The notes under the pieces were generated by a model. That model saw only the letters and a list, made by a program, of their open reading frames with translations, made no database searches and was not told the origin of the DNA. A DNA stretch of 48,880 nt, from positions 1 to 48,880 of the forward strand of contig JAJZIE010000001.1 in NCBI GenBank assembly GCA_021810725.1, given 5' to 3'. The first letter of the stretch is position 1; the number at the start of each line of letters is the position of its first letter. A program made the translations under genes and the position numbers. The stretch comes from Bacillota bacterium. GTDB taxonomy: Bacteria; Bacillota; Sulfobacillia; JAJZYS01; JAJYTV01. Shown here piece after piece: positions 1-8,637 of this stretch.

Positions 1-11
1 ACATGCCCTGA

Positions 12-36
12 CCCCGAGCGTCGTCGCCGCTCGGGG
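12..36 (+). terminator. GC-rich hairpin (ccccgagcg-N7-cgctcgggg) just after a possible TGA at 8-10; possible terminator of an upstream gene outside the window
   Basis: Perfect 9-bp inverted repeat read directly; no U-tract follows. Confidence 0.25.
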
Positions 37-120
37 CATACGTTCACGGCCTTCCCTGCAGGCGATCGCCTGGGGCCGACGAACGGAACTAGCAGACCCG
101 CGCAGGGGAGGGAGCACCCG

Positions 121-2157
121 ATGCGGTCTTGGCCGCTGATCGCCTTGGCGGTCGCATCCAGCCTTGCGCTCTCGGCTTGCGGGGCAGGCCCCAGGCCCGC
201 GGCGCCTTTGAAGGCGCCCGCCCTGGTTTCGCGCGTTCGGGTGAAGCTTGCCGACACGCTGTTCGTCGCCGCTCCCAGCGCGATCCAGTTCACCTCGAGC
301 CAAGTCGGCTATGTGCTGCGGCCCACCTCGGACTACAGCGTAGGCGGCGGGGTTCTGCTGAGGACGGATGACGGCGGAGGGACCTGGCGGTCCATCGCGC
401 TTCCCAAGGGCTTCATGTTCCAGGGCATGCGCTTTTTCACCCCCCAGGACGGCGTCCTGTTCGGTCAGGACACTGCCTGCGGCCTGGTGCAGCCGAATTG
501 CCTCGGGGTCGTCTTCTGGACCGGCGACGGTGGCGCGACATTCCGTGAGGTGCTGCGCACGCCGGATGCGCTCTTCGGCGCAAGCGCCGCCTGGAGCGGC
601 AGCGGCGGCTGGCTCAGCGCCTCGAACGTCTGCGCGGGCACCTGCGCGACCGAGACCACCCTTTACGGCACATCGGACGGCGGGCTGCACTGGTCCGCCC
701 TTGACAAGACTTCGGCGCCTGGCTTCGCGGTGCTCTCCACCAGCGACGAGCAAACGGGTTACGGGCTCCAGGGCGGCCACGTCGTCAAGACGACCGATGG
801 CGGCCATTCCTTCTCGCCCGTCGCCAGCCTGCCGAGCGACCATGCTGGGCCGATCAGCGCCGTCTCAGGGTCCCTGCAGCAAATTCCCGGCGGACCCACC
901 TATGTCACGGCCTGCGACGGCGGCGCCGCGAACGGCGGTTGCATGAACTACGTCTATCGCTCCGAGACCGGTGCCTCGCCCTTCAGCACGGTCTGGTCGC
1001 GCTACTGCACCGATCAGACCGCCGTGCACATGCTGAGCGCGAATTCGGGCGTCCTTGTCCTGATGGGCACGACCGCCTGCGGTCCAGGCGGCGGATTGGG
1101 CATCGCGTCGAACATCGTCCTCGCCACCGGCGATGGCTTCCGCACGACGCACCTCGCCTACCGCTTCCCGGGCAGCGTGGACGCGGTGCAGTTCATGAAC
1201 GCAGACGACGGCTGGGCGGTCGGCACCGGCGCCCAGTGCTACGAGTCCGTGTGCCCCATGCTGGTCTACCGGACGACGGATGGCGGACTCGACTGGGCGC
1301 CGACCGCTCGGCCGCAGGGGCCGCTCGAAACGATCGCCCGCGCTCCTGGCGGGCCCTATTTCGGCGTCGGCACGGCGCTGGATCCCTGGGCGCTGCTCGC
1401 GAGTCCGACAGGACGCAGCTGGCACAAGGTCGGGGAAATCCCGAAGCTTTCGGAGGGCGTGGTATCGGCGGGGCAACTCCAGTTCGCCTCCGCCCGTCAG
1501 GGCTACCTCCTCCTGCCGAACGGCTACGGCCTGTACAGGACCCAAAACGGCGGGAGAAGCTGGTCTGCGGTCGCAGGGCCGCAGGACGGTGCAGTCGTCG
1601 CGATGTCCTTCCTGCGGCCGAACCTCGGCTACCTGCTCACGCAGAATGGCACGGGCTGTCCCATCGCGACGCCATGCCGCGACGCGGTGTTCGTGACACG
1701 GGACGGCGGGCGCCGGTTCACTGAAGTCACACGGCTGCCGAAGGACGTCTTCTTCTCGTCGCTCGCATTTGTCAGCCCTGACGTCGGCTACGCGTTCGGG
1801 CTCTGTCCCGTCGGGAGGAAGTGTGGGCCGAGGACGCCGCTCTGGCAGACGGCGGACGGTGGTGCCCACTGGCGCAAGCTGCAGCTCAGACTGCCGCAGA
1901 CCGGGTTCGGCGGCTACATCTATCCGGCGCCGGGCGGGTACGCCGTCGCGATCTTCGGTGATGGCTTCGCCGTCCTGGTTCCGGGAGCCGGGTGGCGGTC
2001 CGTCGAGGTCGAGTCCTCGTCGCCGGGCGCGACGCCACCGCTTGGCACCCCGGGGATCGGGGGCGTGGTGCCCGGGCGCAGCCGGGCGCTCGTCTCCCTC
2101 TCGGGCGTCGGCGTCTTAGAGGCCAGCTACGCGGGAGCGGCATGGACGAGGCCCTGA
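121..2157 (+). CDS. Secreted lipoprotein with about 8 BNR/Asp-box repeats (Ycf48/sialidase-like beta-propeller architecture, probably two propellers)
   Basis: N-terminal signal peptide with lipobox LALSAC. Repeated S/T-x-D-G-G-x-T/H-W/F motifs: TDDGGGTW, TGDGGATF, TSDGGLHW, TTDGGHSF, TTDGGLDW, TQNGGRSW, TRDGGRRF, TADGGAHW. Confidence 0.7.
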   Translation: MRSWPLIALAVASSLALSACGAGPRPAAPLKAPALVSRVRVKLADTLFVAAPSAIQFTSSQVGYVLRPTSDYSVGGGVLLRTDDGGGTWRSIALPKGFMFQGMRFFTPQDGVLFGQDTACGLVQPNCLGVVFWTGDGGATFREVLRTPDALFGASAAWSGSGGWLSASNVCAGTCATETTLYGTSDGGLHWSALDKTSAPGFAVLSTSDEQTGYGLQGGHVVKTTDGGHSFSPVASLPSDHAGPISAVSGSLQQIPGGPTYVTACDGGAANGGCMNYVYRSETGASPFSTVWSRYCTDQTAVHMLSANSGVLVLMGTTACGPGGGLGIASNIVLATGDGFRTTHLAYRFPGSVDAVQFMNADDGWAVGTGAQCYESVCPMLVYRTTDGGLDWAPTARPQGPLETIARAPGGPYFGVGTALDPWALLASPTGRSWHKVGEIPKLSEGVVSAGQLQFASARQGYLLLPNGYGLYRTQNGGRSWSAVAGPQDGAVVAMSFLRPNLGYLLTQNGTGCPIATPCRDAVFVTRDGGRRFTEVTRLPKDVFFSSLAFVSPDVGYAFGLCPVGRKCGPRTPLWQTADGGAHWRKLQLRLPQTGFGGYIYPAPGGYAVAIFGDGFAVLVPGAGWRSVEVESSSPGATPPLGTPGIGGVVPGRSRALVSLSGVGVLEASYAGAAWTRP

Positions 2158-2212
2158 AGTCGGGCAGGAGGCGGCTCAACAGACCCGAAACCGCGTCTTG
2201 GGGGGAGACCAT

Positions 2213-2371
2213 TTGCTCTTCGTCGCGTTCCTCTTGGTCCTCGCGGTCGCGGCCGCCGTGACCCTGTCGGTGCGAACCGAACGCATGCGCGAGATGCAGG
2301 CGCAGATCGACGAGCTGCGCAAGTCCGTGGACGACCTCAAGCGGCGCCTGGACGCAAGCGCCGGGTTCTAG
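2213..2371 (+). CDS. Small (52 aa) membrane-anchored coiled-coil protein; below the ORF-track size cutoff
   Basis: TTG start 6 nt after GGGGGAG. Translation: LLFVAFLLVLAVAAAVTLSV (TM segment) followed by RTERMREMQAQIDELRKSVDDLKRRLDASAGF. Confidence 0.4.
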   Translation: MLFVAFLLVLAVAAAVTLSVRTERMREMQAQIDELRKSVDDLKRRLDASAGF

Positions 2372-2679
2372 CCCATTGTCCCGTCCGCAGGCCTGAGATC
2401 GCCCCATGCCACGACCACGAGCGCCTCGACGCCGGACGGGTACCGCTGCAGCTGGCAAACGTAGACCGGTGTCGGATCCTGCGGTAACGGCAAGAGGGTG
2501 CCGCCCGGCTCCCGCGGAGCCAGCGCCACCTCCTCGAGGGCGCCGCCGGGCGCGGGAATGGCCGGGGACAACCGCGCCACCAGCAGGTCGTCGCGTCCGA
2601 GCTGGGCGGTGCGGCCCAAGATCAGGCAGGCGCTCTCCTTGCCGTTGCAGGCGAGCGTGTACGCCGGCGTTGCCTCCAC
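2368..2679 (-). CDS. Hypothetical protein (103 aa), trimmed from the 135-aa track ORF
   Basis: GTG start at 2679 lies 7 nt after a perfect AAGGAGG. Protein-like composition; no family recognised. Confidence 0.45.
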   Translation of the reverse strand: MEATPAYTLACNGKESACLILGRTAQLGRDDLLVARLSPAIPAPGGALEEVALAPREPGGTLLPLPQDPTPVYVCQLQRYPSGVEALVVVAWGDLRPADGTMG

Positions 2680-2903
2680 ATCCGCACCTCCTTGGTGGGA
2701 CGGCACAGTATCGTCCCGTCCTCCTTCTACGCTCGAGACCGTCCGGGTGCTCCGACCCATTGGTCCGAGGTCCAATCCGTATGCGGGTCGGAAGGCGCCG
2801 AGGGAGCCGGCGTGGAAGGATGTTGCGGCGGTGGAGGATCCTCATCCAGGTTGCCCTTGGGCGTTGACCCATTCCGAAGAACAGCAGCAGGGAGTGAGAG
2901 CAG

Positions 2904-4199
2904 ATGGCGGGTAGCAGAGCCCTGGCCGAAGCCGCGGCCAGAGGCGCCGGGCGCGGGCACTGGGTTTCCATGTCGCGCGCGAGCGGCCTTGCGATCGTGG
3001 CGCTCGGACCGACGGTCGAGATCCGGCAGGATCCGCCGCGCGAGGGCACCGTGGTGCGCGAGGTGCGGGACGGAGTCCAGCGCGAATGGGCGGTGCCGGG
3101 CTGGCAGACCGACTGGGCCCCTTCCGGCGCGCCCGTCGAAAACTTCGACTGGACCGGCGTCCGGCCGGTGGACGGCGTGACCCTCGAGGAGAAGCTCGAG
3201 GCCGTCACGCGCCTGCGCGAGCGCCTGCAGAACCGCGACCCGCGCATCGTCCAGGTCATGGTGCGCTACCAGGAGTCCGTCGAGGACAGCCGCGTCGCGA
3301 CCGACGCCTTCGACCGGCGCAGTCGTGTCGGGCGGGTGCACTTCGCGGCGCACATCGTGGTGCACAAGGATGGCCGCACCGAGTACGAGTACCAGGGCAA
3401 GGGTGCCGTCGGCGGCTTCGAACTCGCGTCGATCGACGACGAGGAGATCGACCGCATGGTCGAGCGGGCGGTGCAGCTTCTGGACGCCGCCCCGATCGAC
3501 CCCGGCACCTACAAGGTCGTGACGACGCCGGAGGTATCCGGCGTGCTGGCGCACGAGGCGTTCGGCCACGGCGTGGAGATGGACCTCTTCCTCTCGGACC
3601 GCGCCCGCTCGCAGCGCTACATCGGCCAGCGGGTAGGCAGCGACTTCGCGACGATCATCGACGATCCGGCCGTACCCGGCGGCTTCGGCGGCTACCCGTT
3701 CGACGACGACGGGGAACTTGCGAGCCCGCATGTCATCCTGGACCACGGCGTCCTGATGGGCGGCCTCGCGGACGCCGACGCGGCCATGGCCCTGCACGCC
3801 CGCGGTGGCAACGGCAGGCGCCAGGACTACAGCCGCAAGGTCTACCCGCGCATGACCAACACCTACTTCCAGCCCGGCACGAGCACGCCGGAGGAGCTCG
3901 TCGCGGGGGTCGAGCACGGCATCTATCTGCACCGCGTCGAGTCCGGCATGGAGGACCCCCGCAACTGGGGCCTGCAGATCACCTGCCACTATGGCGAGGA
4001 GATCCGGGGCGGCCGTCTGACCGGCAAGCTCTATCGCACCCTGGGCATGACGGGATACGTCCCCGACGTGCTGCACAGCATCGACGGCGCAGCGAACGAC
4101 TTCGCGATGTGGCCCGGCCACTGCGGGAAGGGGTGGAAGGAATGGGTGACCAACGGGACGGGCGGACCGCACCTGCGCATGACCGCGAGGCTGGGATGA
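2904..4199 (+). CDS. tldD: TldD-family metalloprotease
   Basis: HEAFGHGVE (HExxxH) zinc motif and typical TldD C-terminal region (GMEDPRNWG...). Stop overlaps the next start (ATGA). Confidence 0.85.
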   Translation: MAGSRALAEAAARGAGRGHWVSMSRASGLAIVALGPTVEIRQDPPREGTVVREVRDGVQREWAVPGWQTDWAPSGAPVENFDWTGVRPVDGVTLEEKLEAVTRLRERLQNRDPRIVQVMVRYQESVEDSRVATDAFDRRSRVGRVHFAAHIVVHKDGRTEYEYQGKGAVGGFELASIDDEEIDRMVERAVQLLDAAPIDPGTYKVVTTPEVSGVLAHEAFGHGVEMDLFLSDRARSQRYIGQRVGSDFATIIDDPAVPGGFGGYPFDDDGELASPHVILDHGVLMGGLADADAAMALHARGGNGRRQDYSRKVYPRMTNTYFQPGTSTPEELVAGVEHGIYLHRVESGMEDPRNWGLQITCHYGEEIRGGRLTGKLYRTLGMTGYVPDVLHSIDGAANDFAMWPGHCGKGWKEWVTNGTGGPHLRMTARLG

Positions 4200-5458
4200 G
4201 CGTCGGGCTGCCCCGCGAGGCGCAGGAAGCCTCGGAGTGGGTTCTCACCAGCACCGAGGCCGAGGAGACGCAGCTCTACTGGCGCCTTGGCGAGCTGCAC
4301 GCCGAGCGCTCGGTGGAGACCCTGGACCATGAACTCGTGCTCTACCGCGACGTCGAGGGAAAGCGCGGTTCCGCGTCCGCCTTCCTCGTCGGAGACGAGG
4401 GGGATGGCGAGCGTGTCAGGACCGCGCTCACGGCCGCCTCGCTCGCCCTGAACCCGCCATACCGCCTGCCCGAGGGCCCCGCGAGCTATCCCGCGATCGC
4501 GCTGGGCGCGGAAAGCATGCCAGACCGGGACCAGCTCGTCGCCTGGCAGGCGAACGTGCGGCGAGAGATCGAGAGCGCCGGCGCGAAGGCGTCGCATCTC
4601 GAGCTTTTCGCCGGCCGGCACGAGTCCCGCGTCGAGGCCTCGAACGGCCGCAGCCACGCCTGGCGGGGCGATCGCTACCTCCTCGATCTGGTGGTTTCCG
4701 CGGGCGAAGGCGATGCCTCGACCGAGTTCCGACTGATGCGGGAGTCCAGGCTGATCGACGATCTCCTGCCCCAGGCGGTTCTCGGCCGGGCGATCCAGGC
4801 GGTGCGCGATCGCGGCCGTGCCACCCTGCCCCCGACCGGGCGCATGGCGGTCGTGCTGCCGGCAAGCGAGCTCGCGACACTTCTCATGGCCATCTCCGTG
4901 CACACGAACGGGCAGTACCTCGTCTCGGGCATGCTGCAGAAGAAGGTCGGGGAAGCGCTGATCGAAGCCGAGGGAGACCCGATCACGATCACGGGCGACC
5001 CGACCCTGCCGTACGCCGTCGCATCCACCCCGACCGACCGCTCGACGGTGCCCGGGCGGGCCCTGCCGCTTCTTGAGGGCGGGGTGATCCGAAACATGCA
5101 CAGCGACCACCAGTTCGCGGCCTACCTCGGCGTCGAGCCGACCGGCCCCGTCGGAACGCTCGTTTGGGCGCCGGGCACGACCAGCGCCGCGGACCTCCTC
5201 GGTGACGGTCCGGTCCTCGAGGTGCTGGCGTTCTCCGCCAACATGCCCGATCCGATGACGGGCGCGTTCGCGGCCGAGATCAAGATGGGCTACCTGCACC
5301 GCGGCGGCGAGCGCATCCCCATCGCTCAGGGCAGTGTGACGGGCAACGTCTTCGAGGCCCTCAGACGCTGTCGCCTGTCGCGGGAGACCGAACAGGACAA
5401 GGGCTATTTCGGGCCCGCCATGGTCCGCTTCGAGCAGCTGCAGGTGGCTGGAGCCTGA
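4196..5458 (+). CDS. pmbA: PmbA/TldE-family protein, partner of TldD
   Basis: In-frame ATG at 4196 overlaps the tldD stop. Typical PmbA length (420 aa) and C-terminal GAFAAEIKMGY-type region; no HExxxH motif. Confidence 0.75.
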   Translation: MSVGLPREAQEASEWVLTSTEAEETQLYWRLGELHAERSVETLDHELVLYRDVEGKRGSASAFLVGDEGDGERVRTALTAASLALNPPYRLPEGPASYPAIALGAESMPDRDQLVAWQANVRREIESAGAKASHLELFAGRHESRVEASNGRSHAWRGDRYLLDLVVSAGEGDASTEFRLMRESRLIDDLLPQAVLGRAIQAVRDRGRATLPPTGRMAVVLPASELATLLMAISVHTNGQYLVSGMLQKKVGEALIEAEGDPITITGDPTLPYAVASTPTDRSTVPGRALPLLEGGVIRNMHSDHQFAAYLGVEPTGPVGTLVWAPGTTSAADLLGDGPVLEVLAFSANMPDPMTGAFAAEIKMGYLHRGGERIPIAQGSVTGNVFEALRRCRLSRETEQDKGYFGPAMVRFEQLQVAGA

Positions 5459-5465
5459 CGTCGGC

Positions 5466-5489
5466 CGGGCGCCCCGGGTGGGGCGCCCG
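5466..5489 (+). terminator. Hairpin cgggcgcccc-gggt-ggggcgcccg downstream of pmbA
   Basis: Perfect 10-bp stem with 4-nt loop, 8 nt after the stop; no U-tract. Confidence 0.35.
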
Positions 5490-5619
5490 ACCCGCTTAAG
5501 GGGAGGTTTTCGGCGCCTCATGCGAAAGGAGTAAATGGGAGACACTTTCCGGCCGCCGGGCTGTCGCGGCGGAAGTCCGCCGCCGCGGTCCCCTCGGGCC
5601 GATGGGGGAGGGACTCTTG

Positions 5620-6729
5620 ATGGCCAAGGTAGAGCCGAAGGAGCAACGTTGCCGGGCGATCCAAGTGACGCCTGGCAAGGCGCACAGCGCGAGACTTGGC
5701 GAGGAGCCCTACGCCAAGCCGACGCAGGGAGAGATCGGGCTCAAGGTGTTGCTCGTGGGCATCTGCGGCACCGACGCCGAGATCGAGGCGGGCCTCTACG
5801 GCGAGGCGCCGCCAGGCGAAGACCACCTCGTACCTGGGCACGAGTCGCTCTGCGAAGTGGAGGACGTGGGCCCGGGGGTCGTGGGGTTCCAACCCGGCGA
5901 CCTCGTGGTGCCGATCGTGCGGCGGCCGTGCCCCGAGAACTGCGAGCCCTGCAGCCGTGGACGCTGGGACATGTGCCTTACGGGCGACTACTCCGAGCGC
6001 GGCATCGCGAAGCTCCACGGCATGTTGCGCGAGCATCTCACGGACGAGGCGGCACACTGTGTCCTGCTGCCCGGTGACCTGCGCGATGTCGGCGTGCTGG
6101 TGGAGCCGCTCAGCATCGTCGAGAAGGCCATCGAGGAAACCATGCTGATCCAGCGCCGCACGGGTCTTGCGCCAAGGCGCGCCCTGGTCACCGGGGCCGG
6201 TCCGATCGGCCTCCTGGCGGCCCTCTGCCTGCGCGGGCGCGGCATCGCCGTCGACGTGCTCGACCAGCGGCCCGCGGGCAGTCCGAAGGCAGAGATCGCC
6301 CGCGCGGCGGGTGCCGGCTACATCGACGACTCGAAGACGCCACTCGAGCAGGCGACGGACGGCACCTTCTACGACCTGGTGCTTGAGGCGAGCGGCTACG
6401 CCCCGCTCGTGTTCCGGGCCTTGCGCCGGCTCGGCCGCAACGGTGCCATGGTGCTCACCGGCGTCACCGCGGGCCACCACAAGATCGAGCTCGACGTCGA
6501 CGCGCTCAACCAGGAGATGGTGCTCGAAAACCAGGTCCTGGTGGGGTCGGTGAACGCCGCGCGCCAGCACTACGAGGCCGCCGTGCGCGACCTCAAGGCG
6601 TGGCAGGAGACGTTCCCCGGTCTCGCCGCGCGGCTGATCACAGCGCGCCATCCGCTTTCCTCGTTCGAGGCCGCCCTGACCAAGGACCCCGACGGGATCA
6701 AGTCCGTGGTGGAGGTGGCGGGGCGGTGA
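5620..6729 (+). CDS. Zinc-dependent medium-chain dehydrogenase, glucose 1-dehydrogenase-like (archaeal GDH type)
   Basis: GICGTDAEI and PGHESLCEV zinc/catalytic motifs; GAGPIGLL Rossmann motif. Second ATG at 5620 chosen because GGGGGAGGGA lies 6 nt upstream. Confidence 0.75.
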   Translation: MAKVEPKEQRCRAIQVTPGKAHSARLGEEPYAKPTQGEIGLKVLLVGICGTDAEIEAGLYGEAPPGEDHLVPGHESLCEVEDVGPGVVGFQPGDLVVPIVRRPCPENCEPCSRGRWDMCLTGDYSERGIAKLHGMLREHLTDEAAHCVLLPGDLRDVGVLVEPLSIVEKAIEETMLIQRRTGLAPRRALVTGAGPIGLLAALCLRGRGIAVDVLDQRPAGSPKAEIARAAGAGYIDDSKTPLEQATDGTFYDLVLEASGYAPLVFRALRRLGRNGAMVLTGVTAGHHKIELDVDALNQEMVLENQVLVGSVNAARQHYEAAVRDLKAWQETFPGLAARLITARHPLSSFEAALTKDPDGIKSVVEVAGR

Positions 6730-8531
6730 AGTTCTACGGCTTCATCTCGAACGGCAGCACAGCGGCCCTGATCGACCCCTGGGGTTCGGTGGACTGGCTG
6801 CCCCTGCCCCGCTTCGACAGCCCGTCCGTCTTCACGCGCATGCTCGGCGGTGACGAGGCGGGGTCGTTCGCGATCGTGCCGCGGGGGACCTTTACCGCGA
6901 GCCAAGCCTACGAAGAGGGCACCAACATCCTGCGCACCACCCTCACCTGCGAGGATGGCAAGCTCGAGATCGTCGACTTCCTCTCGATCGGCCGCTCCGA
7001 GCTGCGACGGCTGGTGCGCAGCGATGTCCCGTTTGCCGTGCGCCTCAGGCCCCGCTTCGGTTATGGGCTCGTCTCCCCGGCCATCTCGACGGACGGGACA
7101 GGCGTGCTGATGCGCAACCCGCTCGGCCAGGAGGCCCTGCTCTTCACGATCGGCGGCCACGGCAAGCAGGGTGTGCTCGCGGAGGACCCCCTCTCGGGTG
7201 TCTGGCATTTGCCGAAGGGGCGCTACGACATCATCCTGCGCTATGTCGGCGACAGTCGCCGCGACCTCACCGAGACCGCGGCCGCCGTCCAGCAGGAGGC
7301 GTTGCAGGCCGAGCGGGACATCGCCTCGGAAGAGGAACACCGCACCTACCGGCGCAACGTGCAGTACTGGCGCGACACCGCCCGCTCCACCTACCGCGGC
7401 CCGTACCGCGACGCGGTCGAGCGCTCCTTGCTCGTGCTGCGCGGTCTCACCTACCGGACAACCGGTGCCCTGATCGCCGCGCCGACCACGTCCCTGCCGG
7501 AACTGCCTCATGGCACCCGCCAGTGGGACTACCGCTTCTCCTGGGTCCGTGACGGGGCGTACAGCGCGGAGGCACTGCTCGCGGCCGGCGACCATGTCGC
7601 GGCAAGGCGCTTCATCGAGTTCATGCTGGAGTGCGTCGACCTCCAGGGCAAGCCGTTCCAGGCCCCGTTCTTCCACGTCGATGGCACCCTGATCCGCGGC
7701 GAGCGGGATCTCGATTGGCTGCGCGGTTTCCTGGACTCGAGACCCTGCCGCGAGGGCAACGCCGCCACGGGCCAGCTCCAGCTCGATATCGAGGGCGACT
7801 TCCTCTGGGTCGTCTATCGCTACATCCAGGAGACGGGCGACGACGAGAGCCTCGCGGCCTGGTGGCAGATGATCAAGGCGATGGTCGGCTGGGTCGAGGA
7901 GAACTGGCAGGCCAAGGATGCGAGCCTCTGGGAGTTCCGCGGCCAGGATGCGCAGTATACGCACTCCAAGCTGATGTGCTGGGTAGCTCTGCGCTATGGT
8001 GCCGAACTCGCCGAACGCATCGGCGAGAAGGCGTACGCCGAGCGCTGGCAGGCTGCGGCGGCAGCGGTCCACCAGGCGATCGAGCAGCATGGCTTCGACC
8101 AAGCTGCGGGCCATTACACGCAGGCCTTCGATGACGGTGGCAAGCTCGACGCCGCCCTGCTCATGCTGCCGCTCTACGGCTACTGCGACGCGACGGACAA
8201 GCGCTTCGCCGCTACGCTCACGGCGATCGAGCGCGAGCTCGTACACGGCCACTGGGTCTACCGCTACGCCTCGGACATGCTCGGAACGGCGGCATTCCCG
8301 TTCGTTCTCTCCACTTCGCACCTCGCCCGGGTGCACATCCGGCGAGGGGAACCGGAGCGCGCGCGGGATCTCCTGGAGGGGCTCGTGCAGAGTGCGACCG
8401 ACCTCGGCCTACTGGGCGAGCATTGTGATATGGAGTCCGGGAGTCCTCGGGGCAATTTCCCGCAGGCGTTCTCGCATCTTGGTATCGTATTGGCGGCAAT
8501 CGAGCTCGAGGCGGCAAAGGGCGGAAGCTGA
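6726..8531 (+). CDS. Glycoside hydrolase family 15 (glucoamylase/glucodextranase/trehalase-like)
   Basis: N-terminus FISNGSTAALIDPWGSVDWLPLPRFDSPSVF; WDYRFSWVRDGAY motif; alpha/alpha-toroid-like C-terminal region. GTG start overlaps the dehydrogenase stop (GTGA). Confidence 0.8.
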   Translation: MKFYGFISNGSTAALIDPWGSVDWLPLPRFDSPSVFTRMLGGDEAGSFAIVPRGTFTASQAYEEGTNILRTTLTCEDGKLEIVDFLSIGRSELRRLVRSDVPFAVRLRPRFGYGLVSPAISTDGTGVLMRNPLGQEALLFTIGGHGKQGVLAEDPLSGVWHLPKGRYDIILRYVGDSRRDLTETAAAVQQEALQAERDIASEEEHRTYRRNVQYWRDTARSTYRGPYRDAVERSLLVLRGLTYRTTGALIAAPTTSLPELPHGTRQWDYRFSWVRDGAYSAEALLAAGDHVAARRFIEFMLECVDLQGKPFQAPFFHVDGTLIRGERDLDWLRGFLDSRPCREGNAATGQLQLDIEGDFLWVVYRYIQETGDDESLAAWWQMIKAMVGWVEENWQAKDASLWEFRGQDAQYTHSKLMCWVALRYGAELAERIGEKAYAERWQAAAAAVHQAIEQHGFDQAAGHYTQAFDDGGKLDAALLMLPLYGYCDATDKRFAATLTAIERELVHGHWVYRYASDMLGTAAFPFVLSTSHLARVHIRRGEPERARDLLEGLVQSATDLGLLGEHCDMESGSPRGNFPQAFSHLGIVLAAIELEAAKGGS

Positions 8532-8566
8532 GGCTTTCGCCCCAATGTCGCTTTGTATTCTGGGGC

Positions 8567-8596
8567 TTACCATAATAAGGATGTAATTGTATACTA
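8567..8596 (+). promoter_or_regulatory. Candidate sigma-A promoter (TTACCA-N17-TATACT) in an AT-rich island upstream of the envelope operon
   Basis: Read directly. Sits in the only clearly AT-rich stretch between 8532 and 8637. Confidence 0.3.
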
Positions 8597-8637
8597 GGGT
8601 CAGAATCCTCATGTGATCCTAGGAAAAGTGGCATAGG

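Noticed and set aside
1886-8336. Series of long antisense or off-frame ORFs (1886..3259-, 2727..4172-, 4031..5545-, 5518..6651-, 6570..8336-, 3086..4195+ extension)
   Set aside because: Their compositions are dominated by R/P/A/G and no SD-supported starts were found. They overlap the recognised tldD, pmbA, dehydrogenase and GH15 genes.
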